Virus record (IMG/VR): IMGVR_UViG_3300026549_000004
Span: 5,916 to 69,915 of that record
Strand: one strand, 5' to 3'
Source of the DNA: a virus
Lineage: Duplodnaviria > Caudoviricetes
DNA: 64,000 nucleotides
The translations under genes were made by a program, and so were the position numbers. The notes beneath the pieces are model-generated. The model worked only from the letters and a program-made list of their open reading frames with translations, did not search any database and was not told the origin of the DNA. Positions 38,401 through 45,235 of this stretch are shown one piece after another (the stretch's first letter is position 1; each line of letters starts with the position of its first letter).

Positions 38401-39383
38401 CATCTATTACGCCAACAGAAGTAAGCGGAGCTAACTATCCTAAAACTGAACATCCTTATGCGTCTAATGTTTCTCTTTTGTGGAAATACACATCTTCCAA
38501 CAGTGCGGATTCTGCCACAACCTATGGTTGGGCTGACAGAAACACAAGAATCGATGACATTGAAGAAAGAATGTCTTCTGCTGAGTTGAAGATTACGGAT
38601 AGTGCTATTGTTTCCACGGTTACATCTTCTAAGTTTGGTAAGGTTATGACTTCTGCTATTAAGCAGACGGCTGACGGAATTCACTTGGATGCTAAGTATG
38701 TTTCGTGGGATGCTGATTATTCCAGTATGACAAAGAACGGGATACTCTCTTGCAAAAATGCAAACATTCATGGTGTTGTTCAAACAATAGATGTAGACAA
38801 TTTTGAGAAGACAAGCCTGTCAGGTGGAGAATTAAACTTTTACAGACACCTAAACGGGGAAGATACCGCTACGGGATATATTAGAGCTTATAGCGGAGAT
38901 ACCGGAACGGGACTTGCCGATTCGTTTGGCATAGCCATGATTAGCACAGCAAACACAGACACATTGAGATTTGGGTTTCAAAACGGAACTGGTGAAAGTA
39001 TTCGCTTAAGGTTATATAGGAACGCAAATCCTCTTAACGGATATATGATCGAACTGATGGGTTCTACATATGTGTCTTCTGGTATGGATGTAAATGGAAC
39101 TCTTAAAACCTATAACATAAGGCATGGTAAAAGTGGCATTATTCAAATGACATTAGCTGCGAATTCTATCACTTATAAAGGGCCAATTACATTTACTGCT
39201 ACAACTAATAAGCCACTTGTTTTTGTCACTGTAAACACTGGTGATTCATATAAAAGAGGGCTAACTCCAATTGTTTATAGTGTGAATCGAACAGGCTTTT
39301 ATGTGGCTGTTAATAATCCAACCTCAGAAGCTATTGACGTTTCGGTTTATTATTTTGTGTTGGAACATATTTATTCGGACTAA
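35472..39383 (+). CDS. Long tail fibre / host-specificity protein
   Basis: 1303 aa; coiled-coil N-terminus, repeated T-N-x-YLWNY units and short Gly-X-Y segments. Confidence 0.82.
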   Translation: MRFEQEVNIFNPSALNRKFSAIQTDFDVTLGKISAIISDSDIEQYQDGHTTMNSRLSATIQDLDGFHDQVSEMKTDYDGQFESVDSRLTTFDETLEGITASVSTVSQSAIKSDQIHYLATSASSGVTTETAGWTTTPQRITSTNRYLWTYHTYTKGDNTTVNTTPVITGVWGDQGLRGDTGVSIAGVTNYYLASPLSSGVTIDTSGWTTGIQTMTSTNQYLWNYEIVYGSDDTIISTSDPVIIGRYGQNGANGINGADGRGISSITEHYAVSSSNTTAPNSWSDTMVNTTTTNRYLWNYETILYTDGNTEDSTKRVIGTHGEKGDAATTYEIRTSVDAIIRSQAGAPSPAFVTFTCYKRVGAGSATTQSCYWSIEEYVNGSWTTIESGGSSASSKTRYVGTGATLVRATAYLESTMSSASLIDQQDVPIISNGADGYTVVLSNESHTFAGNVSSAVSGSTFSNVIAYKGSTRVAATIGTITGQPTGMTTSISYNGTTSARFNVEVSTSMTTKSGTLSIPVTVDGNTFALTFSYAVAFKGETGSNGVNTATVYLYRLLTTTITPHAPVNQTTYTFSTKTLSGNPGGSWVTTPPSGTGTLWMAVATASSNTDTDTIEASEWTVAKLARDGSSGANGVDGYNKATITLYRRYASTPSKPTIQTVYTFSTGTLDTIPSGWSTSIPAVDANHNPCYATSVSAVSRDDTYTIASSAWTTPVKIVEDGEDGIGITATTPLRYVSSSTTAPAKPTANVKVTEDRAITGVWTKALPALTNTYKYIYTCDMIEWDDGTTITFTDVVLNNALSDLVTRVAAAELKIQDDQIVATVRKSESYKSDLASKNTNYTGDYIPTNSNSPASGWSDDDTKSSHVNDIFMTNSGKSYQYVQGRNGCWIKFNEKSELSSYVGNFVRIYYQIDGETYALPLMRRIELSGAIVFVPSNIFWVQLGAGSNSSNKWGFEINSVGWGYGAIPKNAILTTLPSITPTEVSGANYPKTEHPYASNVSLLWKYTSSNSADSATTYGWADRNTRIDDIEERMSSAELKITDSAIVSTVTSSKFGKVMTSAIKQTADGIHLDAKYVSWDADYSSMTKNGILSCKNANIHGVVQTIDVDNFEKTSLSGGELNFYRHLNGEDTATGYIRAYSGDTGTGLADSFGIAMISTANTDTLRFGFQNGTGESIRLRLYRNANPLNGYMIELMGSTYVSSGMDVNGTLKTYNIRHGKSGIIQMTLAANSITYKGPITFTATTNKPLVFVTVNTGDSYKRGLTPIVYSVNRTGFYVAVNNPTSEAIDVSVYYFVLEHIYSD

Positions 39384-39416
39384 TAATAAATAAATTACAG
39401 GGAAAGGAGCAAACCA

Positions 39417-39626
39417 ATGAACAAACCAATCACCATCGCACGTCAGGAATTCACACAGGCAATTGTAGACGCAGTGAATGGTGCGGAACTGCCGATGTTT
39501 GTAGTATCGGACATCTTAAAATCCGCACTTGTGGAAGTCGATAAACTGGCACAGGCTCAGTACGAAGCTGATGTCAAGGCATGGGAAGAAGGTCAGGAGA
39601 AGAAAGATGAAAATCACGAAGACTAA
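39417..39626 (+). CDS. Small fibre chaperone-like protein
   Basis: RBS GGAAAGGAG; follows the fibre gene. Confidence 0.6.
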   Translation: MNKPITIARQEFTQAIVDAVNGAELPMFVVSDILKSALVEVDKLAQAQYEADVKAWEEGQEKKDENHED

Positions 39627-40122
39627 ATCTGCACCATATCCGAGGAAGGTTACTTTCAACAATGGCAGAGTTTCGCCTGTTCCCAATCAGAAAAAGTTTA
39701 AGTCGGATTTTATTAAACACCATGGTTGCTCAATGGCAGCCTTTTATATTGCTCTGCGTTTTTGTGGAGTCAAGATGAAGATGAATCCGCTTCTGAAGTG
39801 GAGCAGGTCACATCTGAAGAAGTATATGAAATCCAAATTGACCATCAAAGGTGTTGCCAGAGGGCTTAACAAGCAGAGTGGTCGCAAGGTGGCTACCTAC
39901 TACAAGAAGCCAACACTGAAACGTGTGAACGATGCTCTGGATCACGGTCACCTTGTTCTTATGGAACAGGGTGGTCCGATTCATACACTTGTTCTGTATA
40001 GAGCTAACGGCAAGACCTATAAGTTGGATCACGGCAACGTATCCAAGGTGTCCACTAAATCTGTAGTCAAAAAAGCAACTACCAACTCCACATATCGTGG
40101 CTTAGTAATTGTGAAAGGGTGA
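39607..40122 (+). CDS. Basic C39-like cysteine peptidase
   Basis: HGCSMAAFYIAL...IHTLVLY...LDH. Confidence 0.55.
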   Translation: MKITKTKSAPYPRKVTFNNGRVSPVPNQKKFKSDFIKHHGCSMAAFYIALRFCGVKMKMNPLLKWSRSHLKKYMKSKLTIKGVARGLNKQSGRKVATYYKKPTLKRVNDALDHGHLVLMEQGGPIHTLVLYRANGKTYKLDHGNVSKVSTKSVVKKATTNSTYRGLVIVKG

Positions 40123-40129
40123 TTTTGTT

Positions 40130-40423
40130 ATGAACGAGAAGCAGAAGTATTTTTGGAAATGTGCCGGTGTGAGGGCGATCAAAACAATCTGTCAGACAGC
40201 CATAGCTACCATAGGGACGGCATCTGTACTTGGTGCTGTTGATTGGAAGATGGTTCTTTCTGCATCCGTACTGGCAGGAATCCTGTCCTTACTGACAAGC
40301 ATCGCAGGAATCCCCGAAGTAGATCAGAAGGAATACATGGATGATGCCAAAGAAGCCGTCTACTATGAAGACGATGACGAGCCGGAGGATGATGAGGATG
40401 AAGATATCACAGAAGGGCATTGA
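40130..40423 (+). CDS. Holin (r1t-like)
   Basis: RAIKTICQTA...VDWKMVLSASVLAGILSLLTSIAGIPEV. Confidence 0.9.
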   Translation: MNEKQKYFWKCAGVRAIKTICQTAIATIGTASVLGAVDWKMVLSASVLAGILSLLTSIAGIPEVDQKEYMDDAKEAVYYEDDDEPEDDEDEDITEGH

Positions 40424-41114
40424 CCTGATTAAGGAGTATGAGGGATGCTCATTGACGAGCTATCAGGATGCGGTCGGAGTGTGGACAATCTCTTACGGCA
40501 TTACGTCTGCCGACAAATCAGTAACCGGAACCACCATTAAGAAGGGGATGAAAATCTCCCAAGCTACGGCAGACAAGTGGCTTGTGGAATGCCTTGATAA
40601 GATCTATGCTCCCAAGGTTATGAAGTACAATGATATTTATCATTGGAATCAGAACCAGTTCGATGCCCTGATGTCATTCTGCTACAACATCGGCTCCATC
40701 GACCAACTGACCGATAACGGGACAAGATCCATCAAGACCATAGCTGAAAAAATTCTGGCCTACAACAAGGCAGGCGGTAAGGTTCTCAAAGGTCTTGTCA
40801 GACGCAGAGAAGCGGAACACAAGCTATTTTGTAAACCTACAAAGAATCCGTATCCGGGTAAGTTTCCTGCCTTGCCGAAGCGTGGCTACTTCAAGTATGG
40901 CGATGGGATCTACAGCAACATGAGTTATCAGACCGATATCAAGCGTGTTCAGAAGATAGTCAACTGGGTCATGGATTTTAACCTGTCAACTGACGGAAAG
41001 TACGGTGAGAAAACTGACAAAGCCGTCACCAAAATGCAACAGCGATTCGGACTTTCTGTGAACGGGTGCTTTGGCAACAAGTGTTTGAAGGTTGCCAAAG
41101 ACTACAGGAAGTAG
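40398..41114 (+). CDS. Endolysin (GH24 lysozyme plus peptidoglycan-binding domain)
   Basis: YEGCSLTSYQDAVGVWTISYG; NQNQFDALMSF; DGKYGEKT. Confidence 0.9.
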   Translation: MKISQKGIDLIKEYEGCSLTSYQDAVGVWTISYGITSADKSVTGTTIKKGMKISQATADKWLVECLDKIYAPKVMKYNDIYHWNQNQFDALMSFCYNIGSIDQLTDNGTRSIKTIAEKILAYNKAGGKVLKGLVRRREAEHKLFCKPTKNPYPGKFPALPKRGYFKYGDGIYSNMSYQTDIKRVQKIVNWVMDFNLSTDGKYGEKTDKAVTKMQQRFGLSVNGCFGNKCLKVAKDYRK

Positions 41115-41148
41115 CTTTACATTATCAAGCAAACATAAAGCATCAACC

Positions 41149-41210
41149 GATTTTGGCTTTTAATGGCTTTTAGGTATATTTCCTCATATGAATCATTAGA
41201 AGCCAAAATC
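41149..41210. repeat. Imperfect palindrome (15/16-bp arms); homologous copy at 56938-56998
   Basis: GATTTTGGCTTTTAAT...ATTAGAAGCCAAAATC. Confidence 0.75.
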
Positions 41211-41249
41211 ACTCCTTTCTAAGATATTAAAGTGTGATTATGTATTCTG

Positions 41250-41280
41250 CCCCTCTTCGGAGGGGCTTTTTTTTTATTTT
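41250..41280 (+). terminator. Lysis-cassette terminator
   Basis: GCCCCTC-TTCG-GAGGGGC plus T-run. Confidence 0.85.
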
Positions 41281-41282
41281 AT

Positions 41283-42752
41283 CCAATTCTCGGAAGAATA
41301 CCCCCACTTCTAAGCGAAGCGAAAGTGGGGGATGAATGCCGATTGCTTTTACTGAAACTATTGACGTTCAGTAAAATATATGCTATAATAGATACATAGG
41401 AAATGTCCTAAATCTAAAAGGAAGGAGAAAGACTATGTATCTAACGGTAAAGCAACAAGCGAAACATCTATCAAAGGAAGAATACAGCATTTTGAGAGAA
41501 TTGTGCCATACAGCAAAAAATCTTGCCAATGAAGCAATCTACAATGTCCGTCAGTATTACTTCACAGAGAGAGAATATCTAAAATACGAAAAGAATTACG
41601 CATTGCTGAAAGACAGTCCCAATTACAAAATGCTCAACTCCAATATGGCACAGCAGATTCTGAAAGAAGTGGACGGCTCATTCAAAAGCTTTTTCGGGCT
41701 GCTGAAACTGGCAAAAAAAGGCAAATATTCTTTCAGAGACTGTAAATTACCGCATTATCTGCCAAAAGACGGATTCACAACACTCGTGATAGGATTTGTC
41801 AGGCTTAGCGGAAACAAGCTGATTTTGCCGTATTCCAATACATTCAAGAAAACACATAAGCCTGTTGAAATCAAAATGCCGCCGATACTTGCTGGAAAGC
41901 ATATCAAGGAAATCAGAATCATTCCGAAATCAGGAGCAAGGTTCTTTGAAATTCAGTATACTTACGAAGTTGAATGTGTTCAGAGAAATCTTAATAAAAA
42001 CAATGCACTTGCTCTGGATTTGGGTGTGAATAATCTTGTGACTGCTGTATCAAATCAGGGCAGAAGCTTCATTATTGACGGCAGGAAGCTAAAAGCTGTC
42101 AATCAATGGTTCAACAAGGAAAATGCACGGCTGCAAGGTATCAAAGACAGACAGGGTGATAAAAGAAGAACAACAAACCGTCAGAAAATCTTAGCTGATA
42201 AAAGGAACAGACAAGTCAATGATTATATGAGCAAAACTGCAAGAAAAATCATTGATTATTGTATTGCTCATGATATTGGAACGCTTGTAATCGGATATAA
42301 TGAAACATTTCAGCGTAATTCTGACATGAACAAGCGTAATAATCAGAATTTTGTCAATATTTCGTATGGGAAACTGCGTTCCAAACTGGAATATCTTTGT
42401 GAACTGAATAGCATTGTTTTTGTAAAGCAGGAAGAAAGCTATACTTCAAAAGCATCATTCTGGGATAATGATACAATTCCTGTCTATAACGCAGATAATC
42501 CGAAGTCTTACAGTTTCAGCGGAAAAAGAGTGCAGAGAGGACTATACAGAACTGCTGACGGAAGATTACTCAATGCGGATGTCAACGGTGCATTAAATAT
42601 TTTGAGAAAAAGTAGCGTTGTGGACTTAACAGTCCTATACAGTAGTGGCGAAGTGGACACGCCTGTAAGAATAAGGGTTGCCTGAAAAGGTGGAAACTTA
42701 AATACCAATCTTCTTACGAAGCCCCCACCTCTACAGGTGGGGGAGAGTTCAC
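41283..42752 (+). mobile_element. IS200/IS605-family element, tnpB-only (IS1341-like)
   Basis: Follows TTTAT; left hairpin CCCCCACTT/AAGTGGGGG (41301-41331); right hairpin CCCCCACC/GGTGGGGG ending TTCAC; no tnpA. Left boundary is inferred. Confidence 0.88.
41435..42685 (+). CDS. tnpB: TnpB RNA-guided endonuclease
   Basis: N-terminal HTH, ALDLGVNN, EESYTSKAS, NADVNGALNI; own promoter TTGACG-N17-TATAAT at 41361-41389. Confidence 0.93.
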   Translation: MYLTVKQQAKHLSKEEYSILRELCHTAKNLANEAIYNVRQYYFTEREYLKYEKNYALLKDSPNYKMLNSNMAQQILKEVDGSFKSFFGLLKLAKKGKYSFRDCKLPHYLPKDGFTTLVIGFVRLSGNKLILPYSNTFKKTHKPVEIKMPPILAGKHIKEIRIIPKSGARFFEIQYTYEVECVQRNLNKNNALALDLGVNNLVTAVSNQGRSFIIDGRKLKAVNQWFNKENARLQGIKDRQGDKRRTTNRQKILADKRNRQVNDYMSKTARKIIDYCIAHDIGTLVIGYNETFQRNSDMNKRNNQNFVNISYGKLRSKLEYLCELNSIVFVKQEESYTSKASFWDNDTIPVYNADNPKSYSFSGKRVQRGLYRTADGRLLNADVNGALNILRKSSVVDLTVLYSSGEVDTPVRIRVA

Positions 42753-42772
42753 CGTTACAAAGCATCAATAAG
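42600..42772 (+). ncRNA. Predicted TnpB omega/reRNA scaffold plus flank-derived guide (CGTTACAAAGCATCAATAAG)
   Basis: Established TnpB biology: the scaffold overlaps the tnpB 3' end and right end, and the guide is the flanking sequence. Boundaries approximate. Confidence 0.6.
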
Positions 42773-43015
42773 ATCACGCACCAATTCCGGCTTGGTCTGT
42801 CCCCTTGCTTCTGAATAGTCTTCTAACTTCCTGTACTGGGAATCTGTGACCCTGACCCTCAAATCATGCGTCAGCCTGTCCTGCGTGGGTCTGCCACCGA
42901 CAGAAACCAACCGCCAACCGTCAGAATCCTTTACCGCTAAAGTCTTGCCCTTACTGGTAGTAATGTTATTGTGATTGCCTACCTTCAAGGTCTTGTCTTT
43001 ATGCTCCGGATACAA
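42755..43015 (-). CDS. Protein with C-terminal ribbon-helix-helix motif
   Basis: GGRPT...HDLRVRVTD...TKPELVRDLI; minus-strand TTGATT-N17-TATTAT upstream. Confidence 0.7.
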   Translation of the reverse strand: MYPEHKDKTLKVGNHNNITTSKGKTLAVKDSDGWRLVSVGGRPTQDRLTHDLRVRVTDSQYRKLEDYSEARGQTKPELVRDLIDAL

Positions 43016-43574
43016 TGCCAGGAACTCATTGATTAAATCATTTTTCAGACAATCACCGCCCTTCTATCTGCTATTAAGTTTTGAGTGACAAAACTATAAT
43101 ATCATGTATTCCCTTAACAATCAAGGAAAGAATTATTGCAATATTTCCCATTATTTGTTATAATTAACATAGTTAATCATTTGATCACAGAATCTATCGT
43201 TAATCTGCTGAGACTGATTTACCCCTTATCCTGCTAATTGTGATTCTGATTGCATCAAAGGAAGCCTTATCCCAAAAATCCGTTATACCGTTGCTATGTA
43301 CATTAGGGCAGTTCTCTTTATGGGAATTGTCCTTTTGTATATTCTGTACACTTTTGGCAGCGGAATACTCTGCGATCCATGCCGGATCAGCTGATTCTGT
43401 TTGTGAAAACTGCATAAAGGCTTTTTGTTTCTTGTCGGATATCGAACGGCTTACCTGACAATCAAAAGCACCCCCTAAACAGTGTGTACTGGGTCTTTTC
43501 TGCGACCGTAACAAAGAAAATACTCCGACAAAACGAATCAAATCATCGAATCATCGGAGCAAATAGCATCTGTA

Positions 43575-43941
43575 TTATGCTTGCTGTTCTTTCACAATAG
43601 AAATATATTTCTTTAATGTATTGCGACTAATGTTATGCTTTCGCATCAGGTCAACCTGTTTGATACTGCGATCACTAAGGAACTTCTTAATATCTTCCCT
43701 TAGTTCGTCATTCATCTTGTCAAGCTGTCCGAACTTGCGTCCTGACTTCTTGTTACTGGCAGCTATGCCGTCATTGATTCTCTTAACCGTAATCTCACGC
43801 TCACGCTCTACCCTGTCCAGTTCGACCAATATCAGAAGATCAATAGTATCTCTCAGGCTTTTCTTTGCGATCCTGTTAGATTGATTCTCTGCAATATCCA
43901 TCATGTTCTTGATATACTCTGTAGAAATAACAGGATTATCA
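43575..43941 (-). pseudogene. Serine resolvase/recombinase, 5' half missing
   Basis: Frame reads DNPVISTEYIKNMMDI...ELDRVERERE..KRINDGI...GRK plus a C-terminal HTH and begins directly at the IS-end palindrome; no catalytic N-terminus. Confidence 0.78.
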
Positions 43942-43981
43942 GTGAACTCTCCCCCACCTCTACAGGTGGGGGAGAGTTCAC
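43942..43981. mobile_element. Perfect palindrome of two fused IS right ends (scar)
   Basis: 17-bp arms GTGAACTCTCCCCCACC/GGTGGGGGAGAGTTCAC with loop TCTACA; 43951-43981 is identical to 42722-42752. Confidence 0.9.
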
Positions 43982-44011
43982 TATACAGACTTCAAAAAAA
44001 TTCAATGCCGA

Positions 44012-44063
44012 ATACAATATTTTTGAATTTACTATTGACAATTCAATATGATTGAATTATACT
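44012..44063 (+). promoter_or_regulatory. Early lytic promoter with operators
   Basis: TTGACA(44035)-N17-TATACT; ATNCAA-N5-TTGAAT at 44012 and 44041, third copy at 44290. Confidence 0.85.
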
Positions 44064-44095
44064 ATCATTAGAAATTGAGGAAAGGAGTGAATGAG

Positions 44096-44299
44096 ATGCC
44101 AAGAATTTCATTAGAATCTGCGAGGGTAAACGCAAAACTCACCCAGAAAAAACTGGCTGAAATACTGGGTGTAACACAGCAGACGGTCAATAATTGGGAG
44201 AATGGAAGAAGCGAACCTACTCTTTCTCAGCTGAGGAAAATCAGTGAGCTTTCTGGTATCCCGATGGATTTTATTTTTGTGCCTGAGAAATCCAATTAA
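44096..44299 (+). CDS. Cro-like XRE HTH regulator
   Basis: LTQKKLAEILGVTQQTVNNWENGRSEP. Confidence 0.9.
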   Translation: MPRISLESARVNAKLTQKKLAEILGVTQQTVNNWENGRSEPTLSQLRKISELSGIPMDFIFVPEKSN

Positions 44300-44320
44300 A
44301 TTGAATTAACAACTCAATAC

Positions 44321-44473
44321 GGTGTCCTCAGTTGGGCGGTCAGGCAACCAATTGTCATTTGCTTGCAAAATGCCTCTTGCTATAAGTCCAGTTGAGATAG
44401 TGATCCTCCTCAAAAATCACTGAAAATAATCGGTTTAACTGCCAGTCACACTGACCGTCCTGCCGAGGGCATC
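44321..44473 (+). ncRNA. Long structured leader element
   Basis: GGTGTCCTC/GAGGGCATC and GGGCGGTCAG/CTGACCGTCC nested pairings. Confidence 0.5.
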
Positions 44474-44619
44474 GTAAACAACTGAATAATCCGGTGCATC
44501 TGCACAGCCGGACGGGGCATTAAAGGTAACGGTAACTTTCCCATTTGTCCAACCGTGTTGTATGTGGTTCTAAAGTCCTCGCCCGGTTCTGTGGGTGCAT
44601 CGGTAGCAAAGGAGAGAAA

Positions 44620-44802
44620 ATGTTTAAGTACGGCATGAGATTGAGGGGCTTCTCCCCCGGTTGTCAGCCTATGGATGGCTTTGACCACAGGGAAGACGAT
44701 CCGAGTGGATGGTATCATGACATCCTTGTATACAACAGGGAGCTGTCGCAGAAGGAAATTAAAGACTTTGAATTAGACTTCATCGAGGAGGTGAAATCGT
44801 GA
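44620..44802 (+). CDS. Small protein resembling the DarA C-terminal-like family
   Basis: RBS AAAGGAG; YGMRLRGFSPGCQP...DILVY.R.L..KEIKDFELD. Family recalled, not searched. Confidence 0.5.
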   Translation: MFKYGMRLRGFSPGCQPMDGFDHREDDPSGWYHDILVYNRELSQKEIKDFELDFIEEVKS

Positions 44803-45235
44803 AATTCAAAATTGCATCCGGCATTCATCCGGGTCAGGAAGTATGGTCGGGCATTCCGGGCATATACCTGACAGCTCCCGAAGAGAGCGGAACCTACACA
44901 CTGTTTGAAACTGCTTATGAGGATGAGAACGGTAATCCCGTTCACGATGACTTCGTATTCGAGAAGGAGGTTTTATGAATGAAAGGATTATGGGCAGAAC
45001 GGATCGCAAAAACCGTTTCGGGGATATCCGGGTTAGGACTGACATGGATTCTATTAAGCTGGGTAGACGTGATCTGTCACAATGCCAGCGACTTTTCCTA
45101 CGCATCATGGAATCTATTCACGCTACTGTTGAAATAAAAAAAGAGCATCACTGATCCCGGTAAAGATAGAGTGATGCCCTGCCACGGCTGTGGCTCAAAC
45201 TGCATCATAGCAGAGAAAGGGAAAGGTGTCAACCG

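Noticed and set aside
9741-40032. Numerous antisense or alternate-frame ORFs in the track overlapping structural genes
   Set aside because: Shadow ORFs with no RBS or motifs, fully overlapped by well-supported genes.
41118-41207. 29-aa minus-strand ORF with AGAAAGGAG RBS (MASNDSYEEIYLKAIKSQNRLMLYVCLIM)
   Set aside because: It overlaps the palindromic element, has a TTG start and no clear promoter; it could be real but is unsupported.
43200-43541. Minus-strand ORF as a toxin (HicA-like) or other known family
   Set aside because: No diagnostic motif in any frame and the RBS-proximal start gives only 24 aa; probably degraded.
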